From: Nemertoderma westbladi | Taxonomy: Eukaryota; Animalia; Xenacoelomorpha | DNA: 64,000 bases | Direction of reading: 5' to 3' | NCBI GenBank assembly: GCA_032718475.1 | Contig: JAUCBJ010000385.1 | Coordinates: forward strand, 1-64,000 | Shown: positions 47,236 to 61,600 of the stretch, piece by piece | Layout of the letters: every line of letters begins with the position of its first letter | Numbering within the stretch: the stretch's first letter is position 1 | Program-made: the position numbers and the translations under genes | Notes under the pieces: model-generated | The model's input: the letters and a program-made list of their open reading frames with translations, nothing else | Databases searched by the model: none | Told to the model about the DNA's origin: nothing

Positions 47236-48597
47236 ATGTCTGGTACTGAAAATGCATCTTTTGACATGGAGAAAATTATAGCATCTAAAAACCGCCAACA
47301 TGATAGTTCAGATAAAGCTGACGAAAACGATGAAATTACCGACTACGAGGAACTTCAAGCTAATTGCTACATGTCTATTGCAAATCCAGCAGTGGATGAT
47401 TCAATCACGAACGTGTCAATCAAGAATGGGGTAGCAGTGAGTGGAGCTAAACTTTCCACAGGGTCAGTAAATATGATATACGACTGGCACAGTGAGAAAG
47501 AAAAAGCAGATCAACCAGTTCTCAATGATCGAGATAAAATGAAGATCCAATCAAAATGTTGGAAGATTGGGTTAAGTCTTGGAATAATTGCTGTAATTAT
47601 CGGAATGGGTATAAATATTGCTATATTTATTATTGGTTTGGAAGAAATAGGAAAGAAGTTTACGGCACAAGAAAACATATTAACTGAAAATATGAGTGAA
47701 CAGTACAGGAATATAAAAGAGGAATTGATTGAACAAGGTGAGGTCTTACAAAAACAGCTGAAAGCCCAAAGTATCGCACTGGAAAACCAGCTGAATGATC
47801 AAGGAAATATGCTAGGAAACAGTCTCATCGAACAAACAGATATTGTTAATAATACGTTAAACGAAATGGAAGATTCTATCGTTGTTACATTATCGCAACT
47901 GAAAGTTGATATATTAGAGAGTCTGGGAAAGTTACGTCCGAATCAATTCTGTTCTGTTTTACAATATAATAACACAGCGAGAGTCTACGAGCTTTATGAC
48001 GCGAATAAAGGCCTAAATGGTTACATCCGATGCGACACCACGGTGCCTAATGGACCCTGGATCGTTATTCAGAGACGTGTTGATGGAAAGCAGGACTTCT
48101 ATTTGGATTGGAGACATTACGTGTTCGGGTTTGGAGATTTGAATCATGAATTCTGGTTTGGGTTACAAAACATTCACGAGTTAAGCGTCAAGGGAGTGAA
48201 GTTAAGAATTGATATTTGGTGGAATGGAATTTACCGATATGCTCAATACCAGCACTTCCAAATCGGTTCGGCTGCGGGTAACTTCACTCTGGGTATATCA
48301 GGTTATGATGGGACCGCCGGTGACTCCATACTTTACGGTAGTCCTGGAGACAACGCCTACCTTTACGGTCAGCCTTTCAGCACCCCCGACAGAGACAATG
48401 ACGAATGTGTGTGTAACTGCGCGGAGTTTAGGAATGGTTCGTGGTGGTATAATCAATGTTCCGCCTGTGGTCTAAATGGCGTCTACGGTGCCGGGAACGC
48501 AATGGGACCGCGTTGGACGACTTTCACCGGGACAGAATCAGCAGACCGAGTGGAGATGAAGATTACACCCCCCAGTACACAATATAGTTACTGGTAG
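47236..48597 (+). CDS. Type II transmembrane fibrinogen-related protein, copy B
   Basis: 453 aa; 5 amino-acid differences from copy A (H>L, L>M, Q>K, I>V, K>M). Confidence 0.92.
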   Translation: MSGTENASFDMEKIIASKNRQHDSSDKADENDEITDYEELQANCYMSIANPAVDDSITNVSIKNGVAVSGAKLSTGSVNMIYDWHSEKEKADQPVLNDRDKMKIQSKCWKIGLSLGIIAVIIGMGINIAIFIIGLEEIGKKFTAQENILTENMSEQYRNIKEELIEQGEVLQKQLKAQSIALENQLNDQGNMLGNSLIEQTDIVNNTLNEMEDSIVVTLSQLKVDILESLGKLRPNQFCSVLQYNNTARVYELYDANKGLNGYIRCDTTVPNGPWIVIQRRVDGKQDFYLDWRHYVFGFGDLNHEFWFGLQNIHELSVKGVKLRIDIWWNGIYRYAQYQHFQIGSAAGNFTLGISGYDGTAGDSILYGSPGDNAYLYGQPFSTPDRDNDECVCNCAEFRNGSWWYNQCSACGLNGVYGAGNAMGPRWTTFTGTESADRVEMKITPPSTQYSYW

Positions 48598-48824
48598 GGC
48601 CCGCAGTTTCATAAATTAATCTATCAGTAAAATAGATTAAGATGGTAATTTTATATTAATTCGTGCAAAATATTTATTTAAACTGAATTTACTTTTACAT
48701 GATACACCAGCAGTAAACATGAATGAATATACTATTTTAGCTCGAGACAGAGGTGAGACTAAATGACTACACATTACAATCTCGGCGAATTTTTATCTCG
48801 CCTCGATGTGAAATGATCAATTAA

Positions 48825-49552
48825 GGGGGGGGTACACCATTTTCGGACAACTCTTCGATTTATCACTCTCAGCGTTTCAAAATTGTTTGGTTTTGGCTAT
48901 AATTTGGAATATAGGTGCCTAAGATGCTATTCTACATGACAGGTTAGAAAATTTTTATTTTTCGCTATTTAATATTAGTTAATACTAGTTAACAGCAAAA
49001 AAAACTTGGTTGCGCTTAAAACCCTAAGGCTTTTACAGTTTTGAATCTAATCACATGAAAGTTTTTTTATATGATAGACCAAAGATGGGGCAACATAACT
49101 ATCAGGTGAAATTTTGTAAAAATAATTCTGCACCGCTAGGTGGCGCTGCAAATTTATGCCAAATTTTTAGGTTTGTTATAAATAGTATTAAATTTTATTA
49201 ACAAATAATTTCGAAAAGTTGTCTGATACTTTTATGCAGGGTGGCTATGTAGACACCCACAGAAAGTTTCAGACTAATTGCTCAAAAATTATAGAAGTAG
49301 TAGGGTTTTGAAGTTGACAATTTCATGAAAAAAAAATATTTTGAGATAATCGACCTTTCATTATACATAGTAATAGTAATTTCAATAGGAATCCCTAAAT
49401 GGAAATTGTTATAACTTAAAAACTAAAAGAGCTATTAAATAGCGGTTTTCAGCTTTAGAAACACCATTCAATGGTGCATTATAATAGATAATAAAAAAAA
49501 ATTCGACATATTTTTGACCAAAATGGTGTACCCCCCCCCCCCCCCCCCCCCC
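48825..49552. mobile_element. Kolobok-like MITE, copy B
   Basis: TTAA TSD and the same TIRs as 38782-39498. Confidence 0.8.
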
Positions 49553-49911
49553 TTAAGGGAAGGGAGCGGCACGTTATTCTAACCAAAACATTAAACTAAT
49601 AGTCAATATAAAGTCTAATATATCTAGGTTGTAACAAGACCGTCAAGTAAAAGTCAGCAATTGCGAACAAAACAACAATAAAAAACACTGTGTCCCTATT
49701 GTACAAGGTTTTATTTTATTTTATCTTTCCGATAGGCTTTGCCTGTTAACATTTTAATTTAATCTACCGTTCTTGTAATTTCGTGGAATTTCGGACACTA
49801 TTAATATTGGCCTAATCTAATTAGATAATATTCTTGGAATAGCAAACCAATACAAGTAGCACATGAATGAAACGAAATGAAACAAAAAACAGTTTTAATT
49901 TTGCCAGAACA

Positions 49912-52045
49912 ATGCTGGCATGGATGTGGAGTGGATGCTGGCATGGATGTGGAGTGGATGCTGGCATGGATGTGGAGTGGATGTGGAGTGGATGTGGAGT
50001 GGATGCTGGCATGGATGTGGAGTGGATGTGGAGTGGATGCTGGCATGGATGTGGAGTGGATGCTGGCATGGATGTGGAGTGGATGCTGGCATGGATGTGG
50101 AGTGGATGCTGGCATGGATGTGGAGTGGATGCTGGCATGGATGTGGGGTGGATGCTGGCATGGATGTGGGGTGGATGCTGGCATGGATGTGGAGTGGATG
50201 CTGGCATGGATGTGGAGTGGATGCTGGCATGGATGTGGAGTGGATGCTGGCATGGATGTGGAGTGGATGCTTGCATGGATGTGGAGTGGATGTGGAGTGG
50301 ATGCTGGCATGGATGTGGAGTGGATGTGGAGTGGATGCTGGCATGGATGTGGAGTGGATGTGGAGTGGATGTGGAGTGGATGTGGAGTGGATGTGGAGTG
50401 GATGCTGGCATGGATGTGGGGTGGATGCTGGCATGGATGTGGAGTGGATGTGGAGTGGATGCTGGCATGGATGTGGAGTGGATGTGGAGTGGATGCTGGC
50501 ATGGATGTGGAGTGGATGTGGAGTGGATGTGGAGTGGATGTGGAGTGGATGTGGAGTGGATGTGGAGTGGATGTGGAGTGGATGCTGGCATGGATGTGGA
50601 GTGGATGCTGGCATGGATGTGGAGTGGATGCTGGCATGGATGTGGAGTGGATGCTGGCATGGATGTGGAGTGGATGCTTGCATGGATGTGGAGTGGATGC
50701 TGGCATGGATGTGGAGTGGATGCTGGCATGGATGTGGAGTGGATGCTGGCATGGATGTGGAGTGGATGCTGGCATGGATGTGGAGTGGATGCTGGCATGG
50801 ATGTGGAGTGGATGTGGAGTGGATGCTGGCATGGATGTGGAGTGGATGCTGGCATGGATGTGGAGTGGATGCTGGCATGGATGTGGAGTGGATGCTGGCA
50901 TGGATGTGGAGTGGATGTGGAGTGGATGCTGGCATGGATGTGGAGTGGATGCTGGCATGGATGTGGAGTGGATGCTGGCATGGATGTGGAGTGGATGCTG
51001 GCATGGATGTGGAGTGGATGCTGGCATGGATGTGGGGTGGATGCTGGCATGGATGTGGAGTGGATGTGGAGTGGATGCTGGCATGGATGTGGAGTGGATG
51101 TGGAGTGGATGCTGGCATGGATGTGGAGTGGATGTGGAGTGGATGTGGAGTGGATGTGGAGTGGATGTGGAGTGGATGCTGGCATGGATGTGGAGTGGAT
51201 GCTGGCATGGATGTGGAGTGGATGCTGGCATGGATGTGGAGTGGATGCTGGCATGGATGTGGGGTGGATGCTGGCATGGATGTGGAGTGGATGCTGGCAT
51301 GGATGTGGAGTGGATGTGGAGTGGATGCTGGCATGGATGTGGAGTGGATGTGGAGTGGATGCTGGCATGGATGTGGAGTGGATGTGGAGTGGATGCTGGC
51401 ATGGATGTGGAGAGGATGCTGGCATGGATGTGGAGTGGATGCTGGCATGGATGTGGAGTGGATTCTGGCATGGATGTGGGGTGGATGCTGGCATGGATGT
51501 GGAGTGGATGCTGGCATGGATGTGGAGTGGATGTGGAGTGGATGCTGGCATGGATGTGGAGTGGATGCTGGCATGGATGTGGAGTGGATGCTGGCATGGA
51601 TGTGGAGTGGATGTGGAGTGGATGCTGGCATGGATGTGGAGTGGATGTGGAGTGGATGCTGGCATGGATGTGGAGTGGATGCTGGCATGGATGTGGAGTG
51701 GATGCTGGCATGGATGTGGAGTGGATGCTGGCATGGATGTGGAGTGGATGCTGGCATGGATGTGGAGTGGATGCTGGCATGGATGTGGAGTGGATGCTGG
51801 CATGGATGTGGAGTGGATGCTGGCATGGATGTGGAGTGGATGCTGGCATGGATGTGGAGTGGATGCTGGCATGGATGTGGAGTGGATGCTGGCATGGATG
51901 TGGAGTGGATGCTGGCATGGATGTGGAGTGGATGCTGGCATGGATGTGGAGTGGATGCTGGCATGGATGTGGAGTGGATGCTGGCATGGATGTGGAGTGG
52001 ATGCTGGCATGGATGTGGAGTGGATGCTGGCATGGATGTGGAGTG
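49912..52045. repeat. G-rich 12+11-nt satellite, copy B, ~2.1 kb
   Basis: Same subunits as array A, different order and length. Confidence 0.98.
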
Positions 52046-52335
52046 AGGTAATTATCGTACCTCGGCGAATTAATATTTCGTCTTATTGTTAAATTTCAAA
52101 TTTAGGGAAAGGAGAGAGTTAAAGTGGCGCGTTATTCTAACCAAAACAATAAACGAAAGTCAAGAGAACAGGTTACAGTTTTATTTTTGAGAGTAATTCC
52201 CCTGGAGGGGGATGAATTTTGTTTCGCTACCTTCACTATAACTCAAAGGAACTGAGTGGTTCAATGAGTGAATTGTGAATGAGTGAATAATTCAAGGAGA
52301 TATCGACAGAAACTCGATAGACCTGTCCATTTCAG

Positions 52336-53325
52336 GTCATTCTGAATCGCCAACTCATCCATCTCCCATTCCGCACTCGTCAGACACAGAAACATCAGAA
52401 ATGTTTGTCAAACCGGAACCTTCCATCAACATATCGGAACCCCTCCAAACGGAAGCGAGTTCCCTCAAAAAGAGTAAAATTGTTTTCAAAAAGACAATTG
52501 GAGCCAATAATGGTAAAGGTGCAATTACGATAAAGCCTGGATCCTTTGATGGGATTACTAGAGGGGAATTTAACCCCAGTGCCATAAATTTGGAGAACTC
52601 TGTTAACTTCGATTTCAGTACGACGTTCTCAGTAGGCACACCTTCCGAGAAAATCCCGCACCAGGAACCGGCCGAAATCGGTGAAAATGTCGAAATAATT
52701 GACAACCCTATAACAATAACACACGAAAGGCCAGCCACTAAGGTTGACAGTTGCGAATTATATCCTAACACGATCGAAAAACTGGACCCACAGGAGCTAA
52801 TAAATAAGATAAAAAATTGTCTACAAGAAATTACCGATAACCGTCCGGCCAACACCATGGCTCAGTGATGATGTTGTGGATGGATTTATGGGACTAATAC
52901 AACTCCACTTCCCCCACACAGCGCCGGTACCAAGCCAACTCGCGGAGCAGCTGAGATCATCGGGCTGTAGCCAACTTTCCGCAATCCAATACGTGGCGAC
53001 CCGGTATCTCGGTCGCTATCAATCTATAGCACCGACTCTTCTCTTCTTGCCGGTTTGTAATAAAGATCACTTCATCCTTCACGTGGCCGACACCAGAGTA
53101 CGTACCGTGTACGCAATAGACTCAAACCGAGCATCGATGCCCACGCGAATAACCTTCGCCTTCGCGAATATTCTGAACACAATCGACGAAAATAATCCTT
53201 GGAGCAAAAATAAAGCAACTGAGAAACGGAAAGTGGGATCAAAGTATACAACGTTAAGTAAGCAGGGGAACGGCTATGATTGCGGGGTGTATGTCTGTCT
53301 GGTTCAGCTATTATATGTAACATGA
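52336..53325 (+). pseudogene. Ulp1/C48 protease fragment, copy B
   Basis: Translations identical to copy A, same frameshift. Confidence 0.75.
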
Positions 53326-56300
53326 ATTAGTTCAGTTGGGTTGTCATGCAATGGAAGTATAGGGGCCTGACCCTGATAGTAATACCAAATCCAAAACTAG
53401 TGGGAAAAAATGGTATCGTGCTGTAACCATTCCTGTTATACACATGAAAATTCGATATAATCAAAACATTTCCGTTCTGGTTCAAATTTTCTTAACTATT
53501 TATACTTCGGGATCCCAGTCCAAAAAGAGTCGGGATCGGGACTGGGATTGCATTTTCCGCCGGGATTCCGTTTAAAACACTAATACACCCCCCCACCCCC
53601 AGTGCTGTTAGCTGTTACCCCCGTCACACTTAACGAATCACGAATCACCCACAACCCCCCCCCCCCCCCCCCGTAATATTGTGTTACTATTGGATTGAAT
53701 GTATTAAATTAGAAAAATGGTTTATATGTAGATACATGTATGTATATTGTTTTATATTATAACTGATTAATATATATAATACGGTATTTACTGTACCATG
53801 ATACTGTAACCAACCCAGTCATATATATTAGACTTTGGGGTCTGTGTAGTTAGCGAGTAGGTACATTTATGTACAGTTTTATGAGTATACAAAACAAATA
53901 TCTATAATATAATATTCACCAAGTAAATTACAAACATTGACGTATTACTAAACTGCAGCAAATATAGAATGTTTAGTTTACAGTGTGAACAAAAAATAAC
54001 GTTTAAAATAATTACATATTATACATACAACTAATCAAATGTGTAAATTTTTCATAGAATAGAACTAAGTTAAGAACTTAAAGAGGGAAAAATATCTGTC
54101 GAATAATAATGGGGGTGAAATATTGAATTGGGTAAATTAGTCACCATGACCGTACGGAGGTCAACATTAAAGGGGTTCACTTTAACTTGATATAAAATAA
54201 TTTTAATTAATCCAAGGCGAATATTATCACGCAGTGCTGCGACCTGCTGTATAAATCTGTTGTTGCATACATACATACATACATAGAATAAAATATATCC
54301 ATACAATGCATACATACAATATATACACCAATACACATGGACACAATATAATCGGCGATTTTAACCAAAAAATTATATATTTATTATAAATTGTAACTTG
54401 TTAAATTATAACTCACCATCGGTGTAAGTGGCCCTATAAATGTGGCATGCATATGTAACACACGCGGGCTGTGTACTAGGGGAGGTACATATTTCAATAA
54501 ATTCAACCTTTTTTTGAAATGTAAAAAGGGTAATTCACTTTCTGGTGTATCAATAATTGAAAAATTAATATTTAGCGGTTTATTTTATGTTCGCTCTTGA
54601 AATCATGTAAATGAGATCATGTGGTCCTTTCCGAAAGGATATCCATCCACTGTACCCCTCCTAGTCGCTAGTCATATACAATAATATTATTAAACAATAT
54701 AATATAACATGCGTTTTATCACGTAACGATTTTATTAAACTGCACAAGTAATAATTACTTGAAAAAAGCACAAAATCATACAAATACCTACCCTACGTCC
54801 TACCCTAACTTCCTGCCAACATACATTGCATATCTTGCGTAATTCATAATTAACTTTCAGTTTCCCAAACTCGTAAGAGAAACATAAAGAGCTAACGCAG
54901 GTGCAGGCTAGCAAAGGCGATACACTAAAACATTAAGTTCAGATAATTAAAAGTAACAAAAACTAACATAAAAAATAAAATAAGAAAGAAAATACGCGAT
55001 TAAATGTATAGCCATACGGACTCAGTGATGTAAATCATTTTATATCACTGCGTTTACAAACACTGACATCAGAACACAAATAGAAAGCAAAACTTACTGT
55101 AAATTAAATCTAAATGAATAAGCAAATTATATATAAAAACTACAAACTCCCACAGTCACACTGCAAGGAAGGCAACAATCTATAGACATAAAGTTAGTGT
55201 AGATGTTTGTGGGCCTTTAATAAATACGGCCAACCGCCTACAGCCTCAACATTATCTACATTGGAAGTAAATATATATAGGAGTCCACCACAATAAAACA
55301 ATGAGAACTTACTGCCATAAACTACACAGACACACATATCGCTAATAGAGCATCACATTATATTAATTATCTAGTATAATTAAACATTTTATCAGTTTTA
55401 AGAAGCTCGGTCTTGACTATTTTTTATCTTTAACTGGGGCGCAAAATGAGTAATTAGTAATGACTTAATAATTAATAGCCTGCCCTATGGATAGACTCTT
55501 ATCAAAGTATATGCCGGTACAGTTAGAAAGTCGTGAGTAGAATTTAGTAAAAAATTAAAGTTACCGGTACTTTAATATTTTTAACTTCTTGATTTAAAAT
55601 TTATTGTTCTAAGGTTTAAGCTAAATTCGCAATAATAGTTAACTTGGCAAACTAGTTAACTGGTTAAGTTATGTGACTTCTTAACTAATATTTACTACAT
55701 TACGAGACAATTTTTCTATACTGACACTGAATGATAAAATATACTACGTTATAATTGCGTGATGAGAAATAGTAATAGCAACCAATAAAAGGTATAGTAT
55801 ACGGGCGGGGTTACTAAGCAACTGTTACTAAGGGGCCATCGTAGCTGTCTGCTGTCTGCTACGCAATGGAAATATTTCAAAGATTGCACCACGGAGAAGG
55901 TTTAACTAGGTACTGCTGCACTAAAACCTATTAATAAAAACACAACTCGAAACATATCAGTATCAGTAAGTCTCGTTTTTGTTTTATAAACTATAGGACT
56001 ATATATACTTGTTTGAATGTTCGGTTGCATATAAATACACGGTATTTATATTCAGCATTAGTGCGGGTGTAATTTATAAAAAAATATCATCCATATTATG
56101 ATGATATTATTGGTATATCCATGTCATGTACCTCATGGAACTATTTATTTACCCATCACACCGGTATATATATTATATATAATTATATAATATAATAAAA
56201 CATACCGGTATTTAAACTTTTTGGATAAAATTAAGACAATTGATAATCAATTAATTAATAAACAGTACAAAATGGAGTTCACAGGTTTGTTAAAATATTC

Positions 56301-57522
56301 CGTGCCATACATATTATATATATTGTTGTTTGTGTTGATATGATACAGTGCTACAACGGGGTTATCAATCTTACATAGAGGAGCATTAATGTGTACTATA
56401 ACTATACCGGTAGTTGTATGTATATAAATAAAATAATTAAGTTTCAAAAATATACAATACTGAATACATGCATGTGTGATAATAGACCAGTGTTTGGTGT
56501 ACAAATATATAAAGACTATATTTAATTTGTAGTCTATCAATATAATTTAGATTTGTGATTGTAAAAAATACACTCCAAAAGATTGTATCGTACAGTCAGG
56601 CAGTAACACCAAACCAATAAAATGAGGATAGTATGTTATTGAAGGTAAAAAAAAAAAGAGACGGTTAGCTGTAAGCTGATTAAAGTTAGTTAATTAATGG
56701 TCAAATGGAATTAAAAAGGAGCAACTATATTATTATATAGATAGAAGACTTTTCATTAAAAAAAATATTGATATCAACACAGCAGATAGCTAAGAAAATT
56801 TGACATCCACTGGAAATGTTTTGAATTCAACGGTACCGATTTCCAAGTGAATATTGGTGCGGTACGCTGGATGAGAGTTGTTGGAACTTTGAATTAATAT
56901 TTTTATTCTTAAATTGTTACTTTTTCGATCGCATTATATCCCAACATCGGGAGAAAAAAGAACTTTTTCCCTAGGGATAAAAAGTAACCCATATGAATAA
57001 GTACACTGAGGTTACTTTTTTTCCCGGCGATAAAAAGTACAATAAAATATTTTTTGTGGAATTTTATTACATGTGTGGGAAGATCATCGAAGTAGAAAAG
57101 GTGTGCAATCCATGGTAAAATCCATTCACATACTCATTTGAATCGCAGTATAACAATATACTGCAGTTCAACACTATTTTGTAACACCAGTTTGTAACAC
57201 TATATCGCTATGTTTATTAAAGAATTGAATAACATAAAAGGACCAATTTAAGAATAAAATTCCGTATTACATGGGAAAAAACGTACATCTTTTTTCCCTG
57301 TAATAAATAATTATTTTTTCAGAAAGATAAAAACCTAAGTTGCTCCATAATAATTCTGTGTGACATAATGATGGACCCCATAAAAATAGCCACAATAGAA
57401 ATAACTACACAGGTGGGGAAGAATGGATGAATGAATGAATATTTAATATACACGGGGTAGGTATGGTGGCGAATCTGGGCTGCAATAAATAAAAACTGTA
57501 ACGATTCGAATTGAACAAGAAC

Positions 57523-58665
57523 TCACCGTCTACCGTTGACCAGTTTCCTACCAGAACCAAATCTTGGGTTATTGTTAGGAACGACTAGGGAACGAACCAG
57601 ACAGTACCGTTCCCCATTACTAGAGTATATGGGGGAGTGTTGGTAGTGCTCAACTAGTTTATGCATATCGCTAAACTTACGGGTGCCTATTGTATAGCAG
57701 GACGAAGATTCATCAAATTTAACGTGAAAATGGAGAATTCTTAATGGGGATTTCAGTGTGACACTGTAGTCCCCCCAGTTGGACTCGCTGTCACGTATTA
57801 AGAAGTCCCCGTTAGCCCCATGTCGCTGCATTATTGTTTCACTTTCACCTCGCGTTAACGAACCGAAGTAGTAGTCCTCCCCGTCCAGCGGGTTGGAACG
57901 ACGTTTATTGGATGAAGGTACGTCGTCGCTGTGGATCCTCTGCACAAAGTTTTTAGGGATGAGCCCAACCGAGCCGTTAGCGTCGCGTGCTTTCAACCAA
58001 TCAGGATCATTGCTGGGAATCTCGACAACATCCAATGCCTGACCTTTAATGAAGGACATCTCGTCTCTATTGCTACTTTGGTAGTCGTACAAAGCCACTA
58101 CAGCGTATATACTGCTAGCTAGTGGCTGCCTTTCTGTTTGAGTTTGTTGTACTGCTTCTTGACTGAGGTAGTTACTAGGGACCCACCCCTCACTGCCACC
58201 CTGTCTGACACGCCACCAACCATCCAACTCTTTCTCCAACACAACTACAGTATCCCCCTTACAGAGGTCGATCTCGTCTTCTCTCGCTTTCTCATAGCTG
58301 TACAGGGCTGTGGCCTCCTTACAGGATAGTTTATCCGCTACTGAAACCGCTGACAGCTGAGGGGCCGGACTCCGTCGGCTTTCATCCAACGGCGATGATA
58401 TCGTGACATCGAGACCCGAATCCGTAGATCGCTTCCCGAACAGTTTGTTAAGGAAGTTCCCCTTCTTACGGTAGGTCGAGGGATTCTCCCTACGGACGTA
58501 GTTTGAGGGAATGTAGCCGGAACGGTTAGAAGAGTTCTGAACTTTCCACCACGACCTAGAACTGTCTAAAACTTTCAATCTGTCGTGTTTGCGGATGTCT
58601 AATTCCTCAGGTTGAGACGCTTTGTAGTCGTACAAAGCGACTACAAAATCATTCGGTGATTCCAT
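57523..58665 (-). CDS. NCK: Nck/dreadlocks adaptor (SH3-SH3-SH3-SH2), intronless, 380 aa
   Basis: Three SH3 domains (ALYDY..WW..GYIPSNYV; ALYSY..DGWW..GWVPSNY; ALYDY..DPDW..GLIPKNFV) followed by an SH2 (GDFLIRDSES); first ATG at 58665. Confidence 0.95.
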   Translation of the reverse strand: MESPNDFVVALYDYKASQPEELDIRKHDRLKVLDSSRSWWKVQNSSNRSGYIPSNYVRRENPSTYRKKGNFLNKLFGKRSTDSGLDVTISSPLDESRRSPAPQLSAVSVADKLSCKEATALYSYEKAREDEIDLCKGDTVVVLEKELDGWWRVRQGGSEGWVPSNYLSQEAVQQTQTERQPLASSIYAVVALYDYQSSNRDEMSFIKGQALDVVEIPSNDPDWLKARDANGSVGLIPKNFVQRIHSDDVPSSNKRRSNPLDGEDYYFGSLTRGESETIMQRHGANGDFLIRDSESNWGDYSVTLKSPLRILHFHVKFDESSSCYTIGTRKFSDMHKLVEHYQHSPIYSSNGERYCLVRSLVVPNNNPRFGSGRKLVNGRR

Positions 58666-61600
58666 TATATATAACAATCATGTACTGGTTGCCGGTTGCA
58701 GGTAGCCGAAATAATACAAAGGTCTAGCTGCCTAGTGCCTAACCTACTATTAATGCGGAAATGTAGTGAGTGTGTAGTACAGTAGTACTTCACAGTACTT
58801 ATGGTCTAAGGTCAAGGTTGGCATAACTGTATAATGAAGTTTTACACTAAGCGCGGGTTGATTCGCCCTATACCCCCCCCCCCCCAAGTCTATTCGCCCA
58901 AGATTTTAGGGGCAGCATATCTGCGAATATAACAATGGACTTGGCCAGTTCTGGAGTAGGCCTAGAACAGTAGAATAATTGATATATTTATATGAATCTA
59001 ATATAAATGTATTGATTTGATATTAATGCAAAGTAAAATTTGTTGGTTTAGGCCTATCTCAAAACCAAATTGAAATGTTGTTCTGCTTAAATACCGTCAG
59101 CGGGTCCGACGAATCTGTACAAAAAAATACAATATAGTACAAAAGAATACAAAAGAGTACAATAAAGTGCAAAAATAGTACAAAAGAGTGCAAAAATAGT
59201 ACAAAAGAGTACAAACAAGTGAGAAACGCTTGCAAAACATGTAACAAAGTGTAGTTCAAATCGTGTAGAGGGGCGCACATGAAGTGCAATATAAAACAAA
59301 GCATTGTCTGATTGTGGGGCGAGCCACGCATTGAGAGAGGGGCTGATCTAGCTGTCTAGCAGTCAGAGAGTATGACAATACAATCTTAGGCATATGAGTT
59401 GTAATTTTTTTGTTTTAACTGAGTTTTAACTTGAGTTTTAACTTATGTATCGAAAAACGTGATTTATGTTCGAAAAACACAAAAAACGGTTCCAAGTTCG
59501 AAAAATTGCAGAGGGAGATCTCAATAATGTTGCAGATAGACAGATAAAGGCATACTTACATAGCCTAAAAAACGTAGCATACAGTCTATCCTTCAGTGGG
59601 CTATTTTAAGACTATGACCTAAATTTTGAGTCTCAGGTATAGGAGTTTATATCTACCCACCTGCCCACTGCATGCATGTATGTATTGCATTACAGATTGC
59701 AGATTGTATTATACGACTGAATATGGCAACAACGGGTTTATATAGTTGCCAAATCAGGCAATCATAAATGTTGCCAGATTTTGCTTGGTCAGTTGGTTGC
59801 CAGGTCAGCAGGTTGCCAAATATGGCAATCACAACACAATCACTGAATCATTCAATCAATGCCAGATTTGGCTGTTTGGCCATTCAGCCATTGCAGCATC
59901 TGAGCATTGTCTGATTGTACCTAAAACCTAACTGCAGGTTACAGCTGTACAGACAGACAGAGGCAGGCTTTTCTAACCAAAACAATAAACGACCACTTTA
60001 CTAATTGAGGGAAACCATGGTCAGACAGTCGGTAGAAGAAATATTAATGAAAAAAAAATTGTATAGATTTATTTATACATTATGCAGTTATGTAAAAACA
60101 ATAACAAATACACCAAACAATGTACCGGTATAAAGGTATTGTCCAACATAACATATAGGATTAAAAACGTTTCGTAAAAAGCGTTTCATAAAATAAGCGG
60201 TAGGCCCTGGCTATATATATAAATATATACCAGTATACTGATATACAGATATATATAAAAGCACTACAGCACTAAGCTGCTAAGCAACAAGCAAGCAGTG
60301 ATATATTAAGGGACGGTCAGACAGTCAGACGGTTCCCAAAGTAACAATACCCGCAGTATGGCAGTAGTTACCGGTCAGCCGGTATTACGGTAGCGGCTGA
60401 GCGGTACTCTACATTATTAAGAACAGTAAAATATAGAAACCAATACATCAGTACATGACAGCAACAGCAGCTGAGCAGAACAGGTAATTGAAAAACTAAT
60501 ACCTACCAGAAATAGATTCTACATAATTTTTTAGGCCTACCTACTGACCTATGTTTTTCATTAAAACTGGGTAACCAGTCTGCCAGTAACAAGTACTGAA
60601 GTATCATAAACAGATAAACAACATGGCTGGCCTACCGGTCAGCCGGTAGTCGCTAGCGAAGTCTGGATTTACCATGCTGCCATGTGCCAGTCCTTGCTTC
60701 ATTAGTCCTTGCTATGACATAATCTGATAATGACCACTTTTTTTTCCGACATTCCTGCATTCAGACTGTACTGAATCAACATCCAGACTGTGATTCATAC
60801 ACTGACACAGTAAACGAATATAACATTGAACAGTTGAATTAAATCAAATAGGCCTACTAACTATACTGTATAGGGCCTACATCATTTGTTCAGAAAATAG
60901 CACATTATAGGGTTACGGCAGGCACGCAGGCAGGCAGGAGTGATTTTGTTTCCCGAGCAACATAATAGAACCAGGGCCGTAAAAGCTTTAATGTGCTAAT
61001 TATGAACAATGGCGAATCTAATTTTATTTATTTGTGGAGAATTATTTGAAGTTACAGTATATGCACTCAAACTTTCTAGAACAACGTAATAATGATCCAG
61101 TGGAAGTGGAATATTGGATATACTGGATGGATACATGTAGAACTAAAAACCCAAAACGGACCAACCCAACGGTCCAAAAAAGGAGAAGTACGGAGTTATA
61201 TCGGATTTATTTATATCATATCACAGCGGTGGTGTGGAGAAAAGATCTGGAAATATAAATTATCAAAATTGTGAAGAAAAACGGCAAGATAATATTTAAC
61301 TCAAATGCTTAGGCCTAATTAATTAAGTAAAACCGCATTTGAAGTCGGAAGTCCTACATGCCTAGATGTGCTGATATAGGATGGCACCGGTCTGCCGGTA
61401 CAAAGTACTTTCAGTTTCTCAGTAAAACTCCATATGTGTGTGTGTGTACTGTTTGAGTCAGTTCTAATATTTTGATGATAAAATCGCCACAATGGAGGTT
61501 ATAGTTGCCACAAGTGCACAGTTTCGCTAACGTTTACAAAAATTGATTTAGTTAATTTCTACAGCATTTAGTCAGATTCGAACCTGCGCCGCCAAACACT

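Larger units (their letters stand above)
46903..55845 (+). repeat. Tandem segmental duplication, copy B (~8.9 kb)
   Basis: Collinear with 36870-46648; shorter satellite. Confidence 0.95.

Noticed and set aside
47236-58665. Functional link between FReP tyrosine motifs and the neighbouring Nck gene
   Set aside because: Adjacency in an animal genome is not evidence of interaction.
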